DNA of 64,000 nucleotides from Steroidobacteraceae bacterium. GTDB taxonomy: Bacteria > Pseudomonadota > Gammaproteobacteria > Steroidobacterales > Steroidobacteraceae. Position numbers and translations under genes: made by a program. The DNA lies in NCBI GenBank assembly GCA_036272295.1, contig DATAYZ010000148.1, positions 2,128-66,127 on the forward strand. Direction: 5' to 3'. Shown in pieces: positions 17,439-25,684 of this stretch; the first letter of the stretch is position 1; the number at the start of each line of letters is the position of its first letter. Under the pieces are notes generated by a model. That model saw only the letters and a program-made list of their open reading frames with translations, had not been told where the DNA came from and did no database searches.

Positions 17439-18194
17439 TCATCCCGCGTTGCGATCGACGCCGAGCTCGTACAGGATCGCGACGCGCAGCTCCTGCATCT
17501 CTGGGCTGGTCAGCCGACGCGGATGCGGCAGGTTCACCTCGAACGTCGCCTGGATTCGCGTCGGCCGCGGCGACAACACCAGGACCCGGTCGGCCAGATG
17601 AATGGCTTCTTCCACGTCATGGGTGATCAGCATGACCGTGTGCCGCTCTTCCGCCAGCACGCGCTTGAGCTCGTTGCGCATGCGCAGGTTCGTGAGCGCA
17701 TCCAGCGCCGAAAACGGCTCGTCCATGTATAGAATCTCGGGCTTCACCGCGAGGGCTCGCGCGAGCTCGACGCGCTTGAGCATGCCGCCCGACAGCTCGT
17801 GCGGGTAGCTTCCCTCGAAGCCCTTGAGGCCGACCACGGCGGCATAGTGATCGGCGACCTGCTCCTTGTCCCTCGCCGGGCGATCGCTCAGTCCGAACAT
17901 CAGGTTTTGCCGAACCGTCAGCCAGGGAAAGATCGAGCCTTGCTGCGAGATGAGGATGCCTTGGGCGCTGGGCTCGTAGCGTGGTCTTCCGTCGATGAGA
18001 ATCCTGCCGGCGTCCGGGTGGACGAACCCCGCGATCATGTTCATGAGCGTGGTCTTTCCGCAGCCCGAGGGTCCGACGACGGCGACGAACTCGCCATCCT
18101 GCACGCTGAGGCTCACGTCCTCCACGACTGCCAGCGCCGCGCCATCGGTCGCGAATGCCTTGCGGATGCCGTCGACTTCGATCTTAGCGGACAT
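17439..18194 (-). CDS. ABC transporter ATP-binding protein (NitT/TauT nitrate/sulfonate/taurine-type)
   Basis: Walker A GPSGCGKTT, signature LSGGMLKRV, Walker B ILYMDEPFSALD. Confidence 0.9.
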   Translation of the reverse strand: MSAKIEVDGIRKAFATDGAALAVVEDVSLSVQDGEFVAVVGPSGCGKTTLMNMIAGFVHPDAGRILIDGRPRYEPSAQGILISQQGSIFPWLTVRQNLMFGLSDRPARDKEQVADHYAAVVGLKGFEGSYPHELSGGMLKRVELARALAVKPEILYMDEPFSALDALTNLRMRNELKRVLAEERHTVMLITHDVEEAIHLADRVLVLSPRPTRIQATFEVNLPHPRRLTSPEMQELRVAILYELGVDRNAG

Positions 18195-18951
18195 AGCGCC
18201 ACCGGACGGATTTCAGTCCCTCGAGCAGGCGCATGCCGCCGTCGAGCAGCAGGCCGATCAGGCCGATGACGATCATTCCCGCAACCACGAGATCGTATCG
18301 ATTGCCGGCGTTGCGGGAGTCCATGATGAGATAGCCCAGTCCCGAGCGCAGCGCGATCATTTCCGCGGCCACCACCACCAGCCACGCCACTCCGAGCCCG
18401 ATGCGCATGCCGACGATGATCTGAGGCAATGCCGCGGGAATCACCACCTGGCGGAAGAGCGTGTAGCGCGACACGCGGAAATTCTCGGCGGCGCGCAGAT
18501 ACCGGCGCTCGATGGCGTGCACGCCCGCCGTGGTTTGCACGATCATCGGGAAGACCGATGCGATGAAGATGAGGTAGATCGGCGAAGCGTTGCCGACGCC
18601 GAACCAGAGTATGGCGATGGGGATCCAGGCGATCGGCGAGATCGGCCGAAGTATCTGGAACAGCGGATTGAGCGTGGAGTAGGCGCCCTTGACCCACCCC
18701 AGCCAGAGACCCAAGGGCACGCCGACCATGACGGCCAGCGAGAAACCGACCCCGACGCGCATCAGCGATGCGCCGATGTCGACCCACAGGGTGCCGTCCT
18801 TGACCAGCTCGCCGGCACCGGCGACCACCTGCCAGGGCGTGGGGAAGATGACGCTGCGCGTTTCGACGACCGCCAGCCACCAGGCGGCCACCAAGGCCGC
18901 GATGACGGCGACCGCCGGGATGCCCTGTCTGATGCCTTTCATGCTACGCAA
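18184..18951 (-). CDS. ABC transporter permease (NitT/TauT type)
   Basis: Six hydrophobic segments. EAA-like loop AAENFRVSRYTLFRQVVIPAALPQI. Overlaps the ATPase gene by 11 bp. Confidence 0.85.
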   Translation of the reverse strand: MRSMKGIRQGIPAVAVIAALVAAWWLAVVETRSVIFPTPWQVVAGAGELVKDGTLWVDIGASLMRVGVGFSLAVMVGVPLGLWLGWVKGAYSTLNPLFQILRPISPIAWIPIAILWFGVGNASPIYLIFIASVFPMIVQTTAGVHAIERRYLRAAENFRVSRYTLFRQVVIPAALPQIIVGMRIGLGVAWLVVVAAEMIALRSGLGYLIMDSRNAGNRYDLVVAGMIVIGLIGLLLDGGMRLLEGLKSVRWRYVR

Positions 18952-19384
18952 TCGACCTGTAAAGCCGGCGAATTCTCCACTCGAGCCGCCGCCAGGGCGT
19001 GTCCGGGCGTTCGTCCACGACGACGGTCATCTGACCGCTCGCATGCGCCGTGCACGCGAACTGGTAGCTGCTGGCGACATCGAAAGGCAATCGAAAGCTC
19101 TGGCCCGGCATCATCAGCGTCGGGCCGAATATCTGCGGCACGTCGTCGTGATTCTCGAGCAGCAATACGTTGCGGATGCCGAGCGTCAGATAGACGTGCG
19201 ACGGCAGGATTTCCACCTTGTTTCCCGCCATCCGCCGCGCCCATGTTCCCTTGGGGATCTCGAATGGCTCCTCCCGCGAAGCGAAGACGACGGGCATCAG
19301 CGCCGCCCAGACGACGGCCGCCAATCCCGCGGCGCCAACGATGACGATGGCCATGAGGGCGCGGCGCTGGAGGGGCGGATGCAC
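18944..19384 (-). CDS. membrane-anchored cupredoxin-like protein (hypothetical)
   Basis: N-terminal TM helix ALMAIVIVGAAGLAAVVWAAL. C-terminal SYQFACTAHASGQMTVVV contains C-x2-H-x4-M, the blue-copper loop spacing. VLLLENHDDVPQIF resembles the first ligand strand. Overlaps the permease gene by 8 bp. Confidence 0.5.
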   Translation of the reverse strand: MHPPLQRRALMAIVIVGAAGLAAVVWAALMPVVFASREEPFEIPKGTWARRMAGNKVEILPSHVYLTLGIRNVLLLENHDDVPQIFGPTLMMPGQSFRLPFDVASSYQFACTAHASGQMTVVVDERPDTPWRRLEWRIRRLYRSIA

Positions 19385-19392
19385 CTGAGGTC

Positions 19393-20007
19393 CTAGTTCA
19401 ACAACACGGAAACGTCGTGGGCGAAGTCATCCGCGGTGTGCCCATAGGGCATGAGCGCCCGGAGCTTGCCTTCGCGGGTGATGAGGTAGATGAATGACGA
19501 ATGTGCGACGGCGTAATCGGAGCCCGTCCCGATCTTCTCGGCCGTCACGCCGTAGCTCTTGCGAACGGCCGCCATCTGTCCGACCGTTCCCGTGCCGCCG
19601 ATGAAGCTCGCATCGAAGGACGCGAGAAACCTCTTGAGGCGGCCGGTGTCGTCGCGCTCCGGATCGACGGTGAGATAGATGACCTGCGCCCGATCGGCGA
19701 GCGGTCCCAGCTTGCGCCGCGCCATCGCCAGGATCGCGAGAGTGACCGGGCACACGCTGCGGCAGGACGTGTAGCCGAATCCCAGCAGCACGACCTTGCC
19801 GCGATAGCGGCTGAGCGTCAGAGCCTTGCCGTCCGATCCCTGCAGCGAAAAATCCGGCGCTTCCCGCGGGGGATCGAAAACGCCGGCCTTGAGCGCGTCG
19901 GCGGGGGCGGCACGCGGTGCCGCGCACAGCAGCAGGCCGGCCAGCAGCGCGATCGCGCGGCTCGGGCCTCTCCGGGACTCAGAGTGAGATGGCGGCCGCA
20001 TGCGCAT
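19393..20007 (-). CDS. SCO1/SenC-family copper chaperone / thiol-disulfide oxidoreductase
   Basis: KVVLLGFGYTSCRSVCPVTL (CxxxC), YLTVDPERD, HSSFIYLI (conserved His). Signal/anchor-like N-terminus. Confidence 0.85.
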   Translation of the reverse strand: MRMRPPSHSESRRGPSRAIALLAGLLLCAAPRAAPADALKAGVFDPPREAPDFSLQGSDGKALTLSRYRGKVVLLGFGYTSCRSVCPVTLAILAMARRKLGPLADRAQVIYLTVDPERDDTGRLKRFLASFDASFIGGTGTVGQMAAVRKSYGVTAEKIGTGSDYAVAHSSFIYLITREGKLRALMPYGHTADDFAHDVSVLLN

Positions 20008-21082
20008 TCTTTGCGAAGGTGTCGTCGACGTAGGTCTCGTAGGCGATGGGATGCTTGATGGTGCCGGCCGCCATCGACAGCTGCATGAGGTCCTCGAACT
20101 CGGAGCGGATCATCCGCAAATCGCCGTAGGTCACCCGGTCAGCCGGATTCTCCATCACGAACTGCAGGATCTTCGGGTCCTGGTTGAAGAAGTCACGGCC
20201 TGCGGCGATGGCGACCGCCTTGTCGCGGTTTTCCCGTCGTTGATCGAGCCATGCTCCGGCGCCGAGAATCTGATCGACCAGGTCCTGCACCATGGCGGGA
20301 TTCTGCTGGATGAGCTCCTGGCGCACCGTGAGAACGCAGCAGATGTAATTGCGCCACTCATCGCGGGTCATGCGCAGGGGCCGGGCGTAGCCGGCCTGCT
20401 GCGCCGCCGCGCCGAAAGGCTCGCCGGTGCAATAGGCGTCGACCGCCCGGGCATAGAGCGCCGCGGGCATGTCCGGAGGCGCCATCTCGACGACTTGCAC
20501 GTCGTCCGGGGTCATGCGCTCGCGGGCCAGCATCTTTCTCAAGAATAGATAGTCCACGGCGAAACGGCTGGGGATCGCGATTCGCTTCCCGGCGAGCTGC
20601 CTGAAGTTGTCGTACGGCGAGTCGCTTCTGACCATGATGACGGCGCCGGAGCGGTGTCCCAGCGACACGATCTTCACGGGGATCCTATGATCCGCGAGAT
20701 CCATGACCAGCGGCGCGAGCATGTAAGCCGCCTGAACGCGGCCGGCCATCAAGGATTCCTTGACCTCGGGCCAGCCGCTGTATTTGCCGTACGTGTACTC
20801 GAAGCGCCGCCCGCCCGCGGGAACAACCGCATTGCTTCGCGCCTTGGCGACGCAGGCGACGGGCAGCGTGAGGTTGCAGGTGACCGGCAATCCGCCGATG
20901 AGCAATGCGTCGCCGCCGCCCGGCTCGCGCTCGCACGACGGCAGGCTCCATGGCAGCACGGACGCTGCAAGCCCGCGCAATACCTGTCTGCGATTGAGCG
21001 CGTATCGATCCACAAGCCCGCATCGGTTGCAGAGACGCAGCATCATAGGCAGGCGAATTCGCCGGAACAATCGCGGAGCCAT
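19979..21082 (-). CDS. ABC transporter substrate-binding protein (NMT1/NrtA-like, NitT/TauT family), Tat-type leader
   Basis: Twin-arginine-like LNRRQVLRGLAASVLPW. Remainder resembles NrtA/SsuA-type periplasmic binding proteins. Overlaps the SCO gene by 29 bp; start codon is uncertain. Confidence 0.75.
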   Translation of the reverse strand: MAPRLFRRIRLPMMLRLCNRCGLVDRYALNRRQVLRGLAASVLPWSLPSCEREPGGGDALLIGGLPVTCNLTLPVACVAKARSNAVVPAGGRRFEYTYGKYSGWPEVKESLMAGRVQAAYMLAPLVMDLADHRIPVKIVSLGHRSGAVIMVRSDSPYDNFRQLAGKRIAIPSRFAVDYLFLRKMLARERMTPDDVQVVEMAPPDMPAALYARAVDAYCTGEPFGAAAQQAGYARPLRMTRDEWRNYICCVLTVRQELIQQNPAMVQDLVDQILGAGAWLDQRRENRDKAVAIAAGRDFFNQDPKILQFVMENPADRVTYGDLRMIRSEFEDLMQLSMAAGTIKHPIAYETYVDDTFAKNAHAAAISL

Positions 21083-21267
21083 AGATTTTTGCTATCGGCG
21101 CCGGGAGGCCGCGTGCGGCCGCCCCGCCCTGCGCGGGCGTCGTCGGCGCAATTGTTCCGCGCTTAGCCATGATTCGCCCGAATCGCGCCGGTCCATCGTC
21201 CCAACTTCGGCTCGTAATGGCTCCCAGAGGCAAATGCCTCGGTGGTGGGAACTCAAAGGAGATTTTT

Positions 21268-22071
21268 ATGAACTCTGTTATTTCCAGGGCGGTCGGTACG
21301 GTGGGACTCTTGGGCCTGAGCGCGGTCGCGCTGGCCGGCGAGCCGGCCGCGGCGACGCCGCCGGCCACGCCGCACGAGCCGATCGGGTTCGTGGCCGGCG
21401 GGGTGATCGGCGGATTTGCCGCGGGTCCCATCGGCGCGGTCGTGGGCGCGGGTCTCGGCACTTGGCTCGGAAATCGGGTGCACCGCGCAAGCGATGCGGG
21501 CAAGGCGGAGGCGAAGGTGGCGGCGCTCGAGTCCGACAACACTGCGCTCACGGCGGAGAAGGGCGATCTGCTCGGCCAGAAGAACGCGTTGGCCGATGCG
21601 AACCGCACGCTCACGGCACAGGTCGACGAGATGACCCGCAAGATCGAGGCCGCTCAGGCGACGAAGCCGGAGAGCGGTGCGTCGCTGGACGGCGTGGAGG
21701 GCGATGTCATGTTCCGGACCGGCAGCGCTGAGATCGAGCCGCAGACGGCGCACCAGATCGAGGCGCTGGCGCAGGCGGTGTCGAAGTCGCCCGATCTCAA
21801 GGTGCGAGTCGACGGCTACGCCGACCCCCGCGGCTCGGTGGAGACCAACCTGAAGCTCTCCCAGGACCGCGCGAATGCCGTGCGTGACCTCCTGCTGGCG
21901 GCCGGCATCCAGGAGAGCTCGCTCGACGTCAATGCTTATGGCAAGAGCCAGAGCACTGCCGCCGACGTGGACGGCTATGCCTTCGAGCGGCGTGTGCGCC
22001 TCACCTTGAGCGCCCCCGGTCCGCAGACGGTCGCCCAGGTGAGCGACGATCAGCCCGCCGGCAAGCAGTAA
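21268..22071 (+). CDS. OmpA-family protein (signal peptide, glycine-zipper segment, coiled coil, OmpA-like C-terminal domain)
   Basis: ATG at 21268 with AAAGGAG 6 nt upstream. GFVAGGVIGGFAAGPIGAVVGAGLG. OmpA-like domain FRTGSAEIEPQ...VRVDGYADPRGS...NLKLSQDRANAV...RRVRL. Confidence 0.85.
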   Translation: MNSVISRAVGTVGLLGLSAVALAGEPAAATPPATPHEPIGFVAGGVIGGFAAGPIGAVVGAGLGTWLGNRVHRASDAGKAEAKVAALESDNTALTAEKGDLLGQKNALADANRTLTAQVDEMTRKIEAAQATKPESGASLDGVEGDVMFRTGSAEIEPQTAHQIEALAQAVSKSPDLKVRVDGYADPRGSVETNLKLSQDRANAVRDLLLAAGIQESSLDVNAYGKSQSTAADVDGYAFERRVRLTLSAPGPQTVAQVSDDQPAGKQ

Positions 22072-22085
22072 CCGTGTGGGGCATC

Positions 22086-22114
22086 GCGGCCCGGAGGCCT
22101 TCGCTCCGGGCCGC
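22086..22114 (+). terminator. GC-rich stem-loop after the OmpA-family gene (candidate intrinsic terminator, no clear U-tract)
   Basis: GCGGCCCGGAG gccttcg CTCCGGGCCGC: perfect 11-bp stem with a 7-nt loop, 15 nt after the stop. Confidence 0.35.
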
Positions 22115-22168
22115 GTTCGCGTGCCGGGCGCACTTGTTTCCCGCCGCGCCCCGAGCCTACGATACGGT

Positions 22169-22549
22169 ATGAGTGACCGTCCCAAAATAGTGGTGCTCGA
22201 CCGTCTGCAGACCGGAGAGTCGTCGAACCCCGCGCCGGAGAACATTCTCTCGGGAATTCCGCGTGCGCGAGCGTCGAATCAATTCACGGACGGGACGCAG
22301 CAATTCTTCTGCGGGGTGTGGACCAGCACGGCGGGAAAGTGGCGCGTCCGTTACACCGAGCACGAGCTCTGCGTGCTCATCGAAGGACGGGTTCGCCTGG
22401 AATCGTCGTCCGGCCAGCGTCACGAGCTGCGGGCCGGGGATGCCTTCGTGGTGCCCGCGGGCTTCGAGGGCACCTGGGAGGTGACCGAGCCCTGCAAGAA
22501 GTGGTACGCCATTTTCGAGCCGAAAGGCGCTATTGAGCCCTCGTCTTGA
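22169..22549 (+). CDS. cupin-domain protein (DUF861/EutQ-like cupin_3)
   Basis: Internal ATG at 22169 (MSDRPKIVVLD). FFCGVWTSTAGKWRVRYTEHELCVLIEGRVRLE...LRAGDAFVVPAGFEGTWEV. Confidence 0.75.
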   Translation: MSDRPKIVVLDRLQTGESSNPAPENILSGIPRARASNQFTDGTQQFFCGVWTSTAGKWRVRYTEHELCVLIEGRVRLESSSGQRHELRAGDAFVVPAGFEGTWEVTEPCKKWYAIFEPKGAIEPSS

Positions 22550-22613
22550 GCCGGCTGCAGCGCGGCCACGCAGCTCTCACGAGCCGCGCGGCCGCGCTGG
22601 GCGGCGTAGCGGC

Positions 22614-23951
22614 CTATGCGGTCGCGCGGATGACGCTCGACAGCGTCTCCACGAGGCGCGCGATATGCTTCGATTCCACGATGAGCGGCGGCGACATCGC
22701 AATGGTGTCGCCGGTCTGGCGCACCATGACGCCTTTTTCGAAGCACTTCAGGAACACCTCGAAGGCGCGCGCGCCCGGCTTGCCCGCGCGGGGCTCGAGC
22801 TCCACCGCGCCGATCAACCCGTAGTTGCGCACGTCGATCACGTGCGGAAGGCCGCGCATGCTGTGCATGGCGCTCTCCCACTCGGAGGCGAGCGTGCCGG
22901 CCCGCGTCAAGAGCCCCTCGCGCTCATAGACGTCGAGCGTCGCGAGCGCCGCCGCGCACGCAATGGGATGCGCGGAATAGGTGTAGCCGTGAAACAGCTC
23001 GATGCCGCCCTCCGGACCCTGCATGAAGGCGTCGTACACCTTGCGCTGGGCGAACACGGCGCCCATGGGCACTGTGCCGTTGGTCAGGCCCTTCGCGGTG
23101 GTCATGAGATCGGGCGTCACGTCGAATGCCTGACTCGCGAACGGCTTGCCGATGCGGCCGAAGCCGGTGATCACTTCGTCGAAGATCAACAGGATGTCGT
23201 TCTTGTCGCAGATCTCGCGCAGACGCTTCAGGTAGCCGACGGGCGGCAGGATCACACCCGCGGAGCCCGAGATCGGCTCGACGATGACGGCGGCGATGGT
23301 CGAGGCATCGTGCAGTCCGACGAGGCGCTCGAGGTCGTTGGCGAGGTGCGCGCCCCACTGCGGCAATCCCTTCGAGTACGCGTTGTGCTCGATGTCGAGC
23401 GTATGGCGCAAATGATCCACGTGCGGAAGCAACGCGGGTCCGAAGAACTTGCGGTTGTTCACCATGCCGCCGACCGAGGTTCCGCCGAATCCCACCCCGT
23501 GGTAGCCCTTCTCACGGCCGATCAGCCGGGTGCGCTGGCCTGCGCCGCGCGCGCGGTGATAGGCAATGGCGATCTTGAGCGCGGTGTCGACCGACTCCGA
23601 GCCGGAGTTCGTGAAGAACACGCGGTCGAGTCCGGGCGGTGCGATCTTCGCGAGGCGATTCGCGAGCTCGAAGGCGATCGGATGGCCCATCTGGAAAGCG
23701 GGTGCGTAGTCCATCGTGGCGAGCTGCTTGGCGACGGCGTCGGTGATCTCGCGCCGCCCGTGGCCGGCGTTCACGCACCAGAGCCCGGCGACCCCGTCGA
23801 GGACCTCGCGGCCATCGTCGCTCCAGTAGTGCATGCCTTGGGCGCGTGTGAGCAGGCGCGGGTTCGACTTGAACTGCCGATTCGCGGTGAACGGCATCCA
23901 GAAAGCATCGAGCTCGCCGGAAGATGGAGCGGGGGTGACTTGAGCGTTCAT
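22614..23951 (-). CDS. class III PLP aminotransferase, omega-amino acid/beta-alanine--pyruvate aminotransferase-like
   Basis: 445 aa. FWMPFTANRQFKSNPR, GLWCVNAGHGR, FFTNSGSESVDTALK, LLIFDEVITGFGRIG, TTAKGLTNG (PLP lysine), HGYTYSAHPIACAA. Confidence 0.9.
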   Translation of the reverse strand: MNAQVTPAPSSGELDAFWMPFTANRQFKSNPRLLTRAQGMHYWSDDGREVLDGVAGLWCVNAGHGRREITDAVAKQLATMDYAPAFQMGHPIAFELANRLAKIAPPGLDRVFFTNSGSESVDTALKIAIAYHRARGAGQRTRLIGREKGYHGVGFGGTSVGGMVNNRKFFGPALLPHVDHLRHTLDIEHNAYSKGLPQWGAHLANDLERLVGLHDASTIAAVIVEPISGSAGVILPPVGYLKRLREICDKNDILLIFDEVITGFGRIGKPFASQAFDVTPDLMTTAKGLTNGTVPMGAVFAQRKVYDAFMQGPEGGIELFHGYTYSAHPIACAAALATLDVYEREGLLTRAGTLASEWESAMHSMRGLPHVIDVRNYGLIGAVELEPRAGKPGARAFEVFLKCFEKGVMVRQTGDTIAMSPPLIVESKHIARLVETLSSVIRATA

Positions 23952-24064
23952 GGCGTTCCTCGAAAGATTACGAGATCCCGGGCAGCCAACCGGTCCCCGA
24001 GTTGGAGCTCATGATAAGGAAAATCAACACTAAGCTCAATTTCCGGGCTGGATTCGTCGAATCT

Positions 24065-24080
24065 GTCTATTATAATAGAC
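24065..24080. promoter_or_regulatory. perfect 16-bp palindrome GTCTATTATAATAGAC overlapping a consensus TATAAT, 4 nt before the XRE-cupin regulator ATG (candidate auto-operator)
   Basis: Read directly from the sequence; it is its own reverse complement. TATAAT lies at 24071-24076 and the ATG at 24084. Confidence 0.5.
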
Positions 24081-24083
24081 GCC

Positions 24084-24632
24084 ATGAGCGTGGATGTCGG
24101 TACTCATCTCAAAGCCGTCCGGCAGATGTACGGCCTGTCGCAGCGCGAGCTGGCCAAGCGCGCGGGCGTCACCAACGGTCTCATTTCGCTGATCGAGCAG
24201 AATCGCGTCAGCCCCTCGGTGAGCTCGCTCAAGAAGGTGCTGGACGGAATTCCCATGGCGCTCGCCGACTTCTTCACGCTCGACCTCGGCGGCCAGCCGC
24301 AGGTGTTCTTCCCCCGCGGCGAGCTCGCCGACATCGGTACCTCGAGCGTCGAGCTGCGCCTCGTCGGCGGCCGGCTCGCCAAGCGCAGCATGTCCATCCT
24401 GCACGAGCGCTATGCGCCCGGCGCGGATACCGGCGAGGAGATGCTGACTCACGCGGGCGAGGAAGGCGGCATCATCGTCAAAGGCAGGATCGAGCTCACC
24501 GTGGGCGGCGAGTCGCGGGTTCTCGGGCCCGGCGATGCGTATTATTTCAAGAGCTCGCTGCCGCATCGGTTTCGCAATGCCGGGCGTGACGAGTGCGAGA
24601 TCGTGAGCGCGAGCTCGCCCCCGACCTTTTAG
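24084..24632 (+). CDS. XRE-family HTH + cupin transcriptional regulator (PuuR-like)
   Basis: HTH: LKAVRQMYGLSQRELAKRAGVTNGLISLIEQNRVSPSVSSLKKVL. C-terminal cupin: HAGEEGGIIVKGRIELTVGGESRVLGPGDAYYFKSSLPHRFRN. Confidence 0.85.
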   Translation: MSVDVGTHLKAVRQMYGLSQRELAKRAGVTNGLISLIEQNRVSPSVSSLKKVLDGIPMALADFFTLDLGGQPQVFFPRGELADIGTSSVELRLVGGRLAKRSMSILHERYAPGADTGEEMLTHAGEEGGIIVKGRIELTVGGESRVLGPGDAYYFKSSLPHRFRNAGRDECEIVSASSPPTF

Positions 24633-24814
24633 GTGCTGGCGCGCCGGATTTACGGGGTCGATGCGACCCCGGCCTCTGGTGTTCCAGAGGGAGGAGGCAG
24701 GGGTGCGCCGGGCGTCTGCAGCTTGCGGCGGGCGTTGCGAGGGCGTCCTGCCTGGGGCGTGACGGGGTCGGCTTGCGCCCGGCGTTGCGCCTTCGATGAG
24801 GTAACATTCGAAGT

Positions 24815-25684
24815 ATGAGCATCGTGACGTTGGCGGCCACCCAGATGGCCTGCGGCTGGGATCGCGACGCGAACGTCGCGCGCGCGGAAAAACTGATTCG
24901 CGAGGCTGCGGGGCGCGGCGCCCAGATCGTGCTGATCCAGGAATTGTTCGAGACGCCGTATTTCTGCAAGGATCACGCACCGCGCCACTTCGATCTGGCG
25001 CGGCCGCTCGACGGCCATCCGGCGGTGGAGCACTTCCGCAAGGTCGCGCGTGAGCTCGAGGTGGTGCTGCCGATCAGCGTGTTCGAGAAGGCGAACAACG
25101 CCTTCTACAACAGCGTGGTCATCATCGATGCCGACGGCAGCGTGCTCGGCAGCTATCGCAAGTCGCACATTCCCGAAGGCCCGGGTTACCACGAGAAGTT
25201 CTACTTCTCGCCCGGCGATTCCGGATTCAAGGTGTTCGACACGCGTTATGCCAGGCTCGGCGTCGCGATCTGCTGGGACCAGTGGTTTCCCGAGACCGCG
25301 CGTTGTCTCGCGCTGCTCGGAGCCGAGGTGCTCATGTTCCCCACCGCGATCGGGTCGGAGCCGCAGGATGACGGGCTGGACTCGAGCGCACACTGGCAGC
25401 GCACCATGCAGGGGCACGCGGCCGCCAACATCATGCCGCTGGTCGCCTCCAACCGGATCGGCGTGGAGCAGGGCGAGAGGTACACGATGACCTTCTACGG
25501 GTCATCGTTCATCGCCTCTCACACCGGTGAGAAGGTGGCGGAGGCCGATCGTGCCTCGGAGACGGTGCTGACCGCGGCCTTCGATCTGGACGAGATCCGC
25601 CGCTATCGGCAGGCGTGGGGCGTGTTCCGCGATCGCCGTCCCGACCTGTACTACCCCATCCTGTCGCTCGATGGCCGCGGCTGA
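24815..25684 (+). CDS. aguB: N-carbamoylputrescine amidase (carbon-nitrogen hydrolase)
   Basis: VTLAATQMACGWDRDANVARAEKLIREAAGRGAQIVLIQELFETPYFC; catalytic-Cys context GVAICWDQWFPE; 289 aa. Confidence 0.85.
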   Translation: MSIVTLAATQMACGWDRDANVARAEKLIREAAGRGAQIVLIQELFETPYFCKDHAPRHFDLARPLDGHPAVEHFRKVARELEVVLPISVFEKANNAFYNSVVIIDADGSVLGSYRKSHIPEGPGYHEKFYFSPGDSGFKVFDTRYARLGVAICWDQWFPETARCLALLGAEVLMFPTAIGSEPQDDGLDSSAHWQRTMQGHAAANIMPLVASNRIGVEQGERYTMTFYGSSFIASHTGEKVAEADRASETVLTAAFDLDEIRRYRQAWGVFRDRRPDLYYPILSLDGRG

